Virus record (IMG/VR): IMGVR_UViG_2563366836_000013
Span: 1 to 40,666 of that record
Length of the DNA: 40,666 bases
From: a virus
Taxonomy: Duplodnaviria; Heunggongvirae; Uroviricota; Caudoviricetes
Strand: one strand, 5' to 3'
Shown: positions 27,311 through 36,992 of the stretch, piece by piece
Numbering within the stretch: position 1 is the stretch's first letter
Layout of the letters: each line of letters starts with the position of its first letter
Notes under the pieces: model-generated
Seen by the model: only the letters and a program-made list of their open reading frames with translations
Database searches by the model: none
Told to the model about the DNA's origin: nothing
Translations under genes and position numbers: made by a program

Positions 27311-27666
27311 TGGCCCGTATCGGGGGAACCTGTTATTTCAAAATTGACGGTCAGCAGCTATCGCTGACCGGCGGCATTGAGGTGCCCATGAACAGGACGG
27401 TCAATGATGACATCATCGGCCTGGACGGTTCAGTGGACCGCAAGGAAACTCACCGTGCGCCTTATGTCAAAGGGACCTTCAAGGTGCCGAAGAATTTTCC
27501 GGTGAGCAAAATCACCTCGTCTGATGAGATGACCATCACTGCTGAGCTGGCGAACGGTCAGGTCTATGTATTGTCGTCAGCCTGGCTGCACGGCGAAGCG
27601 AACCATAATGCCGAAGAAGGCACGGTTGATCTTGAGTTCCACGGTGAAGAAGGGGATTACCAGTAA
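27310..27666 (+). CDS. Tail tube protein (Mu gpM-like)
   Basis: 118 aa, TAATG-coupled to sheath. Confidence 0.8.
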   Translation: MARIGGTCYFKIDGQQLSLTGGIEVPMNRTVNDDIIGLDGSVDRKETHRAPYVKGTFKVPKNFPVSKITSSDEMTITAELANGQVYVLSSAWLHGEANHNAEEGTVDLEFHGEEGDYQ

Positions 27667-27935
27667 TGAAAGAGCTTGAGTTAAAGAAACCGATTACCGC
27701 TCATGGCGAGACACTCTCCGTACTGGAGTTTGATGAGCCCACCGGGAAAGATGTCCGCGAGCTGGGGTATCCCTACCAGATGAATCAGGATGAGTCCGTC
27801 AGACTTCTGGCGCATGTTGTATCGAAATACATTGTGCGGCTGGCGAAAGTGCCGCAAAGCTCTGTCGACCAGATGTCTCCGGCAGACCTGAATGCAGCGG
27901 CGTGGCTTGTGGCTGGTTTTTTCCTCCAGGCCTGA
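27666..27935 (+). CDS. Tail assembly chaperone (G-like)
   Basis: 89 aa directly upstream of the tape measure gene; contains slippery T_TTT_TTC near its 3' end. Confidence 0.6.
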   Translation: MKELELKKPITAHGETLSVLEFDEPTGKDVRELGYPYQMNQDESVRLLAHVVSKYIVRLAKVPQSSVDQMSPADLNAAAWLVAGFFLQA

Positions 27936-28090
27936 CGGCTGAATACCTCACTGATCGCTTCTTTGACTGCGCCAGCTACTGGCGCATTAATCCCTTCGAA
28001 TTGCTGAATATGCCGATCAGTGAAATTCCCTTGCTGGTCAGTCAGGCAAACAGGATAGAGCAGGAGAAACGCGCACATGGCGGAATTTGA
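27902..28090 (+). CDS. Frameshift extension of the tail assembly chaperone (GT-like, -1 frame)
   Basis: -1-frame ORF overlapping the chaperone 3' end and the tape measure start; accessed via the TTTTTTC heptamer at 27917-27923. Confidence 0.45.
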   Translation: MACGWFFPPGLTAEYLTDRFFDCASYWRINPFELLNMPISEIPLLVSQANRIEQEKRAHGGI

Positions 28091-29909
28091 GCTTAAGGCG
28101 TTGATCACCGGTGTCGACAGGCTTTCTCCCGCGCTGTCGAAAATGCAAAAGAAAATCCGGGGATTTAAACGCCAGGCGGAAGAAGCGTCACAGGGTGGGC
28201 TGGCGCTTGGAGGCGGACTGGCAGCGGGTCTGACGCTTTCCCTGAAATCTTATGCCGATCAGGAAAACGCCGCCACCGGGCTGAAAGTCGCCATGATGGA
28301 TGCGAACGGCGAGGTTGGAAAGAGCTTTCAGGACATCAATAAACTGGCTATTGGCCTGGGTAATCAGCTACCCGGTACAACGGCTGATTTCCAGAACATG
28401 ATGCAGATGCTGGTGCGTCAGGGGATCCCGGCAGAAAACATTCTTGGCGGTGTGGGTAAAGCGACAGCTTATCTTGCGGTACAACTGAAAAAAACACCGG
28501 AAGCGGCTGCCGAGTTTGCCGCAAAGATGCAGGATGCTACCGGAACGGCGTCAAAAGACATGATGGGGCTGTTCGACACTATCCAGAAGGCGTTTTATCT
28601 GGGCGTTGACGATACCAACATGTTGTCCTTCTTCACTAAAACCAGCTCTGTTCTGAAGATGGTGAACAAGGACGGTCTTCAGGCTGCACAGAGCCTTGCC
28701 CCCATCAGCGTCATGATGGATCAGATGGGGATGAACGGGGAGTCGGCAGGTAACGCCCTGCGAAAAGTTATCCAGTCCGGATTAAGCGTTAAGAAAATCA
28801 GGGACGTCAATAAAATCATGGCCCGCCAGAAACTCGGGGTACAGCTCGATTTTACTGACGGCAAAGGGAGTTTTGGCGGTCTTGATAACATGTTCAGGCA
28901 ACTGGCAAAGCTGCGAAAACTGACCGACGTTAAGCGAACAGGCGTACTTAAGGCAATATTTGGTGATGATGCCGAAACCCTTCAGGTGGTCAATGCACTA
29001 ATCGATAAAGGAAAGGATGGCTACGATCAGATCCAGCAGAAGATGAATAAACAGGCCAGCCTGAATAAACGTGTTCAGGCTCAGCTTGGTACGCTGTCCA
29101 ACCTGTGGGAGGCAATGACGGGGACCGCAACTAACGGTCTTGCAGCTATTGGCGGCGCATTTTCTGGTGACGCCAAAAATATCACGCAGTGGCTGGGGGA
29201 GTTGGGGGAGAAATTCACGAAGTTTGCGGATGAAAATCCCCGGGTTATTCGCGGCGTCGTCGGGCTTGCTGCCGGTCTTGCGATTCTGAAACTGGGATTG
29301 ATGGGCGTTGGCGGTGCCATCAGTATTGTCAGCAGGATCATGTCGATGACGCCGATTGGCATGATTGCGACGGCGATAGCCCTGGCTGCGGGATTAATTA
29401 TCACTAACTGGGATGTTGTCGGACCTTATTTTAAGAAACTCTGGGAAACCATTGGTCCTTATTTTGAGGCTGGCTGGGAACTCCTTAAGAAAGTTTTTGC
29501 CTGGTCGCCGCTGGGGATGGTGATCAATAACTGGGGACCGGTTGTTAAGTGGTTTCAGGATATGTGGGACAAGCTGAAGCCAATTATTGAGTGGTTTACC
29601 GACAGTTCCGGTGACACGGTCGATGCCATTAACTCTGCGCAGTGGGGCGCGGGTGCTTATGATGCTTATGGGACGGGAATACCGGCGCGGGGATACACAC
29701 CTTATCCGGCGGTGGATCCGGCTCAGTCAAACAACGCCTCCGATGCCACAGGCCCGAATCCCTTCATGATTAACAAAGCTTCTGCGCCAAAAGTTGATGG
29801 CGAGATCAAGGTTTCATTTATGAATATGCCACCAGGTATGCGGGTTACGGAAACACGTTCCAGTGGCATTGATATTAATCACGATGTTGGGTACACCAGA
29901 TTTAGGTAA
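28077..29909 (+). CDS. Tail tape measure protein
   Basis: 610 aa, helical with C-terminal hydrophobic segments; position after chaperone. Confidence 0.85.
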   Translation: MAEFELKALITGVDRLSPALSKMQKKIRGFKRQAEEASQGGLALGGGLAAGLTLSLKSYADQENAATGLKVAMMDANGEVGKSFQDINKLAIGLGNQLPGTTADFQNMMQMLVRQGIPAENILGGVGKATAYLAVQLKKTPEAAAEFAAKMQDATGTASKDMMGLFDTIQKAFYLGVDDTNMLSFFTKTSSVLKMVNKDGLQAAQSLAPISVMMDQMGMNGESAGNALRKVIQSGLSVKKIRDVNKIMARQKLGVQLDFTDGKGSFGGLDNMFRQLAKLRKLTDVKRTGVLKAIFGDDAETLQVVNALIDKGKDGYDQIQQKMNKQASLNKRVQAQLGTLSNLWEAMTGTATNGLAAIGGAFSGDAKNITQWLGELGEKFTKFADENPRVIRGVVGLAAGLAILKLGLMGVGGAISIVSRIMSMTPIGMIATAIALAAGLIITNWDVVGPYFKKLWETIGPYFEAGWELLKKVFAWSPLGMVINNWGPVVKWFQDMWDKLKPIIEWFTDSSGDTVDAINSAQWGAGAYDAYGTGIPARGYTPYPAVDPAQSNNASDATGPNPFMINKASAPKVDGEIKVSFMNMPPGMRVTETRSSGIDINHDVGYTRFR

Positions 29910-29940
29910 AGACGAACAGGGAGGGCCGCCCTCCCTGAAC

Positions 29941-30351
29941 TTACTGTGCGAACACGCAATTTCGGCCTGATGGGGAGCCGACAATTCTGGACATTTTTCC
30001 GCAAATAACAGTTACTTGTTCTCCTTTTTTAAGAGCAGCAGCTGTTGATTTTTCAGAGTCTTGCATCTCCATTCTTGCTGGCATGAATTCATTTTCAGTT
30101 CTGAATTTAATAATTATAGAGTCAGTAAAGTCCTTATCAATGGATTGTACGATACCTCTAACGGCGATTAATTTACCTTTTAACTGTTCATCGGTAGCGA
30201 CTTCATTTTCTTCATACTCTTTAAACAGCTGTCGAGCAGTAGTGTTGTAGATTTCTTTTTGCGGTGCCGCAGCTTCCGTATCGGATGAGTATGAAGAATT
30301 AGAGCCTTTATCGTTACCAGTAAATATTACTACTGATAATAAATATGGGAC
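29941..30351 (-). pseudogene. 5'-truncated OB-fold (tRNA_anti-like / BOF-type) gene without start codon
   Basis: Minus-strand frame open for 136 codons: ...LLSVVIFTGNDKGS...ARQLFKEYEENEVATDEQLKGKLIAVRGIVQSIDKDFTDSIIIKFRTENEFMPARMEMQDSEKSTAAALKKGEQVTVICGKMSRIVGSPSGRNCVFAQ*; no ATG/GTG/TTG before an internal Met; in-frame stop immediately upstream; AT-rich. Confidence 0.45.
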
Positions 30352-30355
30352 TTAT

Positions 30356-31681
30356 ATGACGTGGAAAGACAGACTTCAGGACGCGTCATTTCGCGGCGTG
30401 CCGTTTAAGGTTGAAGAAGAAAGTGCGGGAACCGGTCGCCGTGTGGAAACACATGAATACCCGAACCGCGACAAACCCTATACCGAAGACCTGGGGAAAA
30501 TCACTTTTCGCCCGTCCATCACGGCTTATGTGGTGGGAGATGACTGCTTTGACCAGCGCGATCGCCTGATTGACGCGCTGAATAAACCCGGTCCCGGCAC
30601 GCTTGTCCATCCGACATACGGTGAGCTGAAAGTCTGTGTTGACGGAGAAGTTCGGGTCAGCACATCGAAGAGTGAAGGGCGTATTGTCCGCTTTGACCTG
30701 AAGTTTGTCGAAGCGGGAGAACTCTCTTACCCCACTTCAGGTGCGGCGACGGCGCAGACGCTGATGTCATCCTGTTCTGCACTGGATGACTGCATCAGTG
30801 ACAGCTTCAGAGGTTTCAGTATCGATGGCGTGGCGGATTTCGTGCAGAACGACGTCGTCGGTAATGTCAGCACAATGCTTGGGTATGTTTCTGATGCGAT
30901 GAAAGTGGTGGATTCTGCCGTATCGGATGCTGCCAGGCTGTTGCAGGGGGATATCTCGGTACTTCTGCCGCCGCCATCGTCAGGCAAAAATTTCGTTGAG
31001 CAGGTGCAGAAAATGTGGCGTACCGGGAAACGCCTTTATGGTAACGCCAGCGACCTGGTCACCATGATCAAAACGCTTTCCGGTGTCAGCCTCGGCAGCG
31101 ATCTGCAACCGCGCGGCGTCTGGAAAACGGACAGTAAAACCACCGCCACGGCTACGCAGCAGCGTAACGTGGTTGCCAGCACCCTTCGTACGACCGCAAT
31201 CAGCGAAGCGGCGTATGCCGTCACCCGATTGCCTGCGCCAACAACTTCCGCGGTGATGCAGAATGCCGCAGTGGGGCAGGCAACAACACCTGCGCAGAGC
31301 ACTGGCTGGCCTTCCGTCACGCATCCGGCACTGAACAATGCACCGACGGTGAAAAACACAGTTGACCTGCCGACGTGGGAAGAACTGACTGACATTCGCG
31401 ACACACTGAATACGGCAATTGATAAGGAGTTGTCCCGTACAACCAGTGATGCGCTGTTTCTGGCGCTGCGCCGGGTGAAAGCAGATCTGAATGCGGATAT
31501 CAACACGCGCCTTGAACAGTCTGCACGGATCATTCAGCGCACGCCGGATGAGGTTTTACCCGCGCTGGTGCTGGCGGCGACCTGGTTTGATAACGCGGCG
31601 CGTGACGCGGACATTATCCGGCGTAATGCCATTACGCATCCCGGATTTGTGCCGGTGATCCCTCTGAAGGTGCCAGTGTAA
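30356..31681 (+). CDS. DNA circularisation protein (Mu gpN-like) of the baseplate
   Basis: 441 aa, N-terminal MTWKDRLQDASFRGVPFKVEE... typical of Mu N-like proteins. Confidence 0.8.
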   Translation: MTWKDRLQDASFRGVPFKVEEESAGTGRRVETHEYPNRDKPYTEDLGKITFRPSITAYVVGDDCFDQRDRLIDALNKPGPGTLVHPTYGELKVCVDGEVRVSTSKSEGRIVRFDLKFVEAGELSYPTSGAATAQTLMSSCSALDDCISDSFRGFSIDGVADFVQNDVVGNVSTMLGYVSDAMKVVDSAVSDAARLLQGDISVLLPPPSSGKNFVEQVQKMWRTGKRLYGNASDLVTMIKTLSGVSLGSDLQPRGVWKTDSKTTATATQQRNVVASTLRTTAISEAAYAVTRLPAPTTSAVMQNAAVGQATTPAQSTGWPSVTHPALNNAPTVKNTVDLPTWEELTDIRDTLNTAIDKELSRTTSDALFLALRRVKADLNADINTRLEQSARIIQRTPDEVLPALVLAATWFDNAARDADIIRRNAITHPGFVPVIPLKVPV

Positions 31682-32760
31682 TGAACGATAACGTCACGCT
31701 ACGGGTAAATGGCCGGGAGTGGAATGGCTGGACATCGGTGCGCATCGGTGCCGGTGTTGAACGACTGGCGCGGGATTTCAGTGTGGAGATCACTCGCCAG
31801 TGGCCGGGAGATGAGGGTATCACCACGCTTCAGCCGCGCATTAAAAACGGTTCAAAAGTGGAAGTGCTGATTGGTGATGAGCTGGTGATCACCGGCTGGG
31901 TGGAGGCGACTCCCGTTCGTTACGATGCCCGTTCGGTCAGCACCGGTATTGCCGGACGTAGTCTGACGGCTGACCTGATTGACTGTGCAGCCGAACCGAC
32001 ACAGTTTAACGGACGCTCGCTGGTGCAGATTGCGCAGGCGCTTGCTGCGCCTTTCGGCATTGAGGTGGTGAACAGCGGTGCGCCGTCGGGTGTTATTCCT
32101 GATGTTCAGCCTGATCACGGTGAAACGGTGATTGAGGTAATCAACAAAATACTCGGTCAGCAGCAGGCGCTGGCTTATGACGACCCGCACGGCAGGCTGG
32201 TGATTGGTGGTATTGGCTCAACGCGGGCACATACCGCGCTGGTACTCGGGGAAAACATCCTTTCCTGCGATACGGAGAAGAGTATCCGGGAGCGGTTTTC
32301 TGTTTACCAGGTGGCGGGGCAGCGTGCCGGAAACGACGATGATTTCGGTGAGGCCACCACCACCGCGCTGCGGGCCCGCACAGAGGACGCATTTATTGCC
32401 CGTTACCGTCCGATGTATATCAGGCAGACAGGGCAGGCTACGGGGGCAGGCTGTATTGCCCGTGCGGACTTTGAAGCCCGACAACGGGCGGCGCGGACGG
32501 ATGAAACCACCTATGTGGTGCAGGGCTGGCGACAGGGTAACGGTACGCTGTGGCAGCCCAACCAGCGGGTGATTGTCTTTGATCCGGTCTGTGGTTTCGA
32601 CAACACCGAACTGCTTGTTTCGGAAGTCACGTTTACTCAGGACCAGAACGGCACCCTGACGGAAATCCGTGTCGGCCCACCAGATGCTTATCTGCCTGAA
32701 CCCGAAGCCCCCGGCGCGCGGAAAAAGAAAAAAGCCAGAGTACAGGAGGACCCGTTCTGA
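31681..32760 (+). CDS. Baseplate hub / tail protein (Mu gpP-like, P2 gpD-like)
   Basis: 359 aa, TAATG-coupled; position and similarity to Mu P-like tail proteins. Confidence 0.75.
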   Translation: MNDNVTLRVNGREWNGWTSVRIGAGVERLARDFSVEITRQWPGDEGITTLQPRIKNGSKVEVLIGDELVITGWVEATPVRYDARSVSTGIAGRSLTADLIDCAAEPTQFNGRSLVQIAQALAAPFGIEVVNSGAPSGVIPDVQPDHGETVIEVINKILGQQQALAYDDPHGRLVIGGIGSTRAHTALVLGENILSCDTEKSIRERFSVYQVAGQRAGNDDDFGEATTTALRARTEDAFIARYRPMYIRQTGQATGAGCIARADFEARQRAARTDETTYVVQGWRQGNGTLWQPNQRVIVFDPVCGFDNTELLVSEVTFTQDQNGTLTEIRVGPPDAYLPEPEAPGARKKKKARVQEDPF

Positions 32761-33308
32761 TGAGGACGATTGAAGCCATGCAGCGACAACTCCTCGGCCT
32801 GATTGGGCGGGCCGTGGTGAAAAGCATCAGTGCCGCCACGAAATGTCAGACCGTGGATGTGTCCCTGATTGCCGGTGAACCCAAAGCCGGGGTTGAACAT
32901 CTTGAACCCTACGGTTTTACTGCAAGGGCAAACAGTGGTGCGGAAGCGGTGGTGTTGTTTCCGGATGGCGACCGTTCTCATGCGGTGGTTGTTACGGTGT
33001 CGGACCGTCGCTACCGCCTGAAAGGGCTGCAGACGGGGGAGGTGGCTGTCTATGACGATCAGGGGCAGTCCGTGACGCTGACCCGGGAGGGGATTGTGGT
33101 GGACGGTGCAGGTAAAACGATCACGTTTCGCAATGCACCTGAAGCACGTTTTGAAATGGACCTGGAAGTGACAGGACAGGTGAAAGACCTGTGCGACTCC
33201 GGCGGCACCACCATGTCAGCGATGCGGCTTGCCTATAACGGGCATCGTCACAGAGAGAACGGTCAGGGCAGTAACACCGACAAACCTGATAAAGCGATGG
33301 AGGCATGA
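32760..33308 (+). CDS. Baseplate assembly protein V (spike)
   Basis: 182 aa, gpV-like. Confidence 0.75.
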   Translation: MRTIEAMQRQLLGLIGRAVVKSISAATKCQTVDVSLIAGEPKAGVEHLEPYGFTARANSGAEAVVLFPDGDRSHAVVVTVSDRRYRLKGLQTGEVAVYDDQGQSVTLTREGIVVDGAGKTITFRNAPEARFEMDLEVTGQVKDLCDSGGTTMSAMRLAYNGHRHRENGQGSNTDKPDKAMEA

Positions 33309-33733
33309 TGGAACTGTGGCTGACGGTGAACGGTAAACGCACCTGCGCCAGCGCACCGCTGGATCCGCTGACCCGCGCCGTGGTGATTTCCCTGTTTACC
33401 TGGCGGCGGGCGGAGCCTGATGACAACGCCGACGTCCCGATGGGATGGTGGGGGGATACCTGGCCTGCGGTACAGAATGACCGTTACGGCTCCCGGCTGT
33501 GGCTGCTTCAGCGCAGCAAACTGACCAATCAGCTGGTGCAGACGGTAAAGGGGTATATCCGCGAATGCCTGCAATGGATGATTGATGACGGCGTGGTGTC
33601 CCGTATTGATCTGGATATCCGCCGCACCGGGATTAATGAACTGGGTAACAGTATCACTCTCTGGCGTCGTGACGGACCGGTAATGATTTCTTTTGATGAT
33701 CTGTGGAGTGCGATAACGCATGGCGGACAGTGA
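33305..33733 (+). CDS. GP46-family baseplate protein (gp25/W-like)
   Basis: 142 aa in the Mu gp46 position. Confidence 0.7.
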   Translation: MMELWLTVNGKRTCASAPLDPLTRAVVISLFTWRRAEPDDNADVPMGWWGDTWPAVQNDRYGSRLWLLQRSKLTNQLVQTVKGYIRECLQWMIDDGVVSRIDLDIRRTGINELGNSITLWRRDGPVMISFDDLWSAITHGGQ

Positions 33734-34778
33734 ATTTCAGCGCCCGACGCTGGCAGAAAATATCAGTATGCTCCGTAACGATTTATTCGCCAGGCTGGAC
33801 GTCAGCGACACGCTCCGGCGCATGGATGAAGACGTGCGGGCAAAGGTGTATGCGGCGGCGCTGCATACGGTTTACGGGTACATCGATTATCTGGCAATGA
33901 ATATGCTGCCTGACCTGTGCGATGAGTCCTGGCTGGCGCGACATGCTGCGATGAAACGGTGTCCGCGCAAGGGGGCCACGGCTGCCAGCGGGTATATGCG
34001 CTGGGAAGGTGTCAGCGATGGCCTGAAGGTGACTGCCGGAAGCGTGATTCAGCGCGATGACCTGGTTCAGTACACGGCAACTGCCGATGCAACCAGCTCC
34101 GGTGGTGTCCTGCGCGTGCCGATCGCCTGCTCAAGTGCAGGCGCGGTCGGTAACGCTGACGACGGTACGTCATTAATCCTGGTCACGCCGGTGAATGGTC
34201 TGCCGTCTTCCGGCGTGGCAGATACCCTGACAGGTGGATTTGATACTGAAGAGCTGGAAACGTGGCGCGCCCGCGTCATTGAGCGGTATTACTGGACGCC
34301 TCAGGGCGGGGCTGACGGGGACTATGTCGTCTGGGCTAAAGAAGTGCCCGGCATTACCCGCGCATGGACATACCGTCACTGGATGGGAACGGGAACTGTC
34401 GGTGTGATGATTGCCAGCAGTGACCTGATTAATCCCATTCCGGAAGAATCAACGGAAACGGCGGCAAGACAACATATCGAGCCACTGGCCCCGGTGGCAG
34501 GCTCTGATTTGTATGTGTTCAGGCCGGTGGCACATACGGTGGATTTTCATATCCGCGTGACGCCGGACACACCGGAAATACGGGCTGCCATCACCGCGGA
34601 GTTGCGTTCGTTCCTGCTGCGTGATGGTTATCCGCAGGGAGAACTGAAGGTATCGCGTATCAGTGAGGCGATTTCCGGTGCGAACGGGGAATACAGCCAT
34701 CAGTTGCTTGCACCGGCAGACAATATCTCCATTGCAAAAAATGAACTGGCGGTTCTGGGGACGATTTCATGGACGTGA
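33720..34778 (+). CDS. Baseplate J-like protein
   Basis: 352 aa, baseplate J family features and position. Confidence 0.85.
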   Translation: MADSEFQRPTLAENISMLRNDLFARLDVSDTLRRMDEDVRAKVYAAALHTVYGYIDYLAMNMLPDLCDESWLARHAAMKRCPRKGATAASGYMRWEGVSDGLKVTAGSVIQRDDLVQYTATADATSSGGVLRVPIACSSAGAVGNADDGTSLILVTPVNGLPSSGVADTLTGGFDTEELETWRARVIERYYWTPQGGADGDYVVWAKEVPGITRAWTYRHWMGTGTVGVMIASSDLINPIPEESTETAARQHIEPLAPVAGSDLYVFRPVAHTVDFHIRVTPDTPEIRAAITAELRSFLLRDGYPQGELKVSRISEAISGANGEYSHQLLAPADNISIAKNELAVLGTISWT

Positions 34779-35353
34779 CAAACGATGATTACATCCGTCT
34801 GTTGTCGGCACTGTTGCCCCCTGGTCCGGCGTGGTCAGCCAGCGATCCGGCGATTGCCGGTGCGGCACAGTCATTAACCCGTGCTCATCAGCGTGCGGAT
34901 GCCCTGATGCGGGAGCTGGATCCGCGCACCACCACCGAACTGATAAACCGCTGGGAGCGTCTGTGCGGCCTGCCGGATGAATGTATTCCGGCAGGGACGC
35001 AGACCCTTCGCCAGCGTCAGCAACGGCTGGATGCGAAGGTTAACCTGGCGGGTGGCATCAATGAGGATTTTTACCTTGCGCAGCTTGCTGCCCTGGGCAG
35101 ACCAGATGCCAACATCACGCGATACGACAAAAGCACGTTCACCTGCTCATCGGCCTGTACTGACGCGGTGAATGCGCCGGAATGGCGGTATTACTGGCAG
35201 GTCAACATGCCAGCTGCCACCAACACCACCTGGATGACATGTGGCGATCCCTGTGATTCCGCACTGCGTATCTGGGGCGACACCGTTGTCGAGTGTGTGC
35301 TTAACAAACTCTGCCCGTCGCATACCTACGTAATTTTTAAATATCCGGAGTAA
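34769..35353 (+). CDS. Tail protein I-like (DUF2313, YmfQ-like)
   Basis: 194 aa, [22 protein letters not shown]... resembles YmfQ / Mu gp48-type proteins. Confidence 0.75.
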   Translation: MDVTNDDYIRLLSALLPPGPAWSASDPAIAGAAQSLTRAHQRADALMRELDPRTTTELINRWERLCGLPDECIPAGTQTLRQRQQRLDAKVNLAGGINEDFYLAQLAALGRPDANITRYDKSTFTCSSACTDAVNAPEWRYYWQVNMPAATNTTWMTCGDPCDSALRIWGDTVVECVLNKLCPSHTYVIFKYPE

Positions 35354-35356
35354 TCC

Positions 35357-36289
35357 ATGCATCGTATAGACACGAAAACCGCGCAGAAGGATAAGTTCGG
35401 CGCGGGTAAGAACGGTTTTACCCGTGGTAACCCCCAGACCGGCACACCTGCCACCGATCTGGATGATGACTACTTTGACATGTTGCAGGAAGAACTTTGT
35501 AGCGTGGTGGAGGCCTCCGGTGCCAGCCTGGAGAAGGAGCGGCACGACCAGTTGCTTACCGCGCTTCGTGCGCTGCTGTTAAGCCGCAAGAATCCGTTTG
35601 GTGATATCAAATCGGATGGCACGGTGAAAACGGCTCTCGAAAACCTTGGTTTGGGAGATGGCTCGGGGCGTTACAGCAAAACTGTCGTTTTTTCATCGTC
35701 GGGTTCATATACGTGGCCAGCTGACGTAAAACGAATTGACGTTATTCTGACTGCGGGGGGCGGCGGTGGCGGTGGATGTAACGCGGAGAACGCAAATCAG
35801 ACATTTTCAGGGGCTGGCGGAGGAGCCGGAGGTACTGTTTTTGCCACTATTTATGCGACAGACAACGATGCCGGGCCAGGAACCTATACAGTGACAATTG
35901 GCAGCGGTGGTAGTGGTGCCAATGGGGCAGGGTCTGGAAATAATGGCGGTAATAGTTCGTTCATGACATTAACTGCGCTCGGCGGCCAGGGTGGGCAATG
36001 GGGCGGCGCTACAAATACCGCTGGCGGGCGCGGTGGCTCAGGCTCTGGCGGTTATAAAACTGAACAAGGCGGAGACGGTTCAGACGGACAGGCGGGCCAG
36101 GCGCTATTAGTAGGCAATGGGGCATCGAGCTATTGGGGTGGCGGCGGCCGCGCTGGGCAACTGAGCGGTAATCCTGGAGTTTGCTCTGGCTCCGGCGGCG
36201 GGGGTGCATACGATAATAGCTATTCACACACGTCAGGACGTGGCGGGCACGGAGCTAATGGCGTGCTGGTAATTCGGGAGTACATGTAA
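35357..36289 (+). CDS. Tail fiber protein (conserved N-terminal anchor plus Gly-rich distal domain)
   Basis: 310 aa; N-terminus [22 protein letters not shown] resembles the shared side-tail-fiber N-domain; C-terminal half is Gly-rich low complexity. Confidence 0.75.
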   Translation: MHRIDTKTAQKDKFGAGKNGFTRGNPQTGTPATDLDDDYFDMLQEELCSVVEASGASLEKERHDQLLTALRALLLSRKNPFGDIKSDGTVKTALENLGLGDGSGRYSKTVVFSSSGSYTWPADVKRIDVILTAGGGGGGGCNAENANQTFSGAGGGAGGTVFATIYATDNDAGPGTYTVTIGSGGSGANGAGSGNNGGNSSFMTLTALGGQGGQWGGATNTAGGRGGSGSGGYKTEQGGDGSDGQAGQALLVGNGASSYWGGGGRAGQLSGNPGVCSGSGGGGAYDNSYSHTSGRGGHGANGVLVIREYM

Positions 36290-36694
36290 ATGAATGATGT
36301 CTATGCAGTTGTTGATAATAACGTTGTTATTAATGTCATTATCTGGGACGGAATTTCTGAATGGAAACCAGAGGCTGGTAATTTAGTTCCGTTAAACGGC
36401 GATGCTGGCATCGGTTGGTCATATTCAGACGGAGTATTTACCGCGCCACCTCCCCCAGAACGCTCTCACAACGCGTTAGTTGCGGAGGCTGAGCTGCAGA
36501 AATCAGCACTACTGACCGTAGCAAATAACGCAATAGCACCGCTGCAGGATGCCGTTGATTTGGAAATGGCGACAGACGATGAACAGACGTTACTGCTGGC
36601 GTGGAAAAAATACAGGGTACTGCTGAACCGTGTTGATACCTCAGCGGCACCCGAAATAGAGTGGCCTACGCAACCGGGGGAGCGGGCCAGTTGA
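36290..36694 (+). CDS. Tail fiber assembly protein (Tfa)
   Basis: 134 aa, [21 protein letters not shown] ... APEIEWPT typical Tfa; TAAATG coupling to fiber gene. Confidence 0.8.
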   Translation: MNDVYAVVDNNVVINVIIWDGISEWKPEAGNLVPLNGDAGIGWSYSDGVFTAPPPPERSHNALVAEAELQKSALLTVANNAIAPLQDAVDLEMATDDEQTLLLAWKKYRVLLNRVDTSAAPEIEWPTQPGERAS

Positions 36695-36815
36695 TATCAG
36701 GCGCAGCGTCAGCATCAACTGCTGTCACTGCGTCGATGTAGTCGAGTACCGCATTCAGCCGCGTTTTTTCATCATCAGTCAGTTTGCGGCCTGCACTTCT
36801 CCGTTGGCATCTTTG
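36666..36815 (-). pseudogene. Remnant of an alternative tail fiber assembly gene (tfa') in inverted orientation
   Basis: Minus frame reads ...[39 protein letters not shown], a Tfa C-terminus, with no start and an in-frame stop at 36816-36818; its 3' end overlaps the 3' end of the intact tfa. Confidence 0.5.
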
Positions 36816-36992
36816 TTATATGGTACAACTGCGCAGAGGCCTGTCTCTTCAATTGTGCCAGTTGAATACTACGATACAACGCTCGGCCTTCCTGTTTGGT
36901 GGAACATAACCACATCCACATGGAAAAGAGCTGATGGTGCAGATGTATAATTCTGGTGCCGCGCATGCGGCACCAATAAAAAACATATTAAA

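Noticed and set aside
36895-36990. Hairpin GTGCCGCGCATGCGGCAC near the gtrC 3' end as a terminator
   Set aside because: It is followed by an A-run on the plus strand and preceded, not followed, by the U-run on the minus strand, so it does not fit a rho-independent terminator for either orientation.
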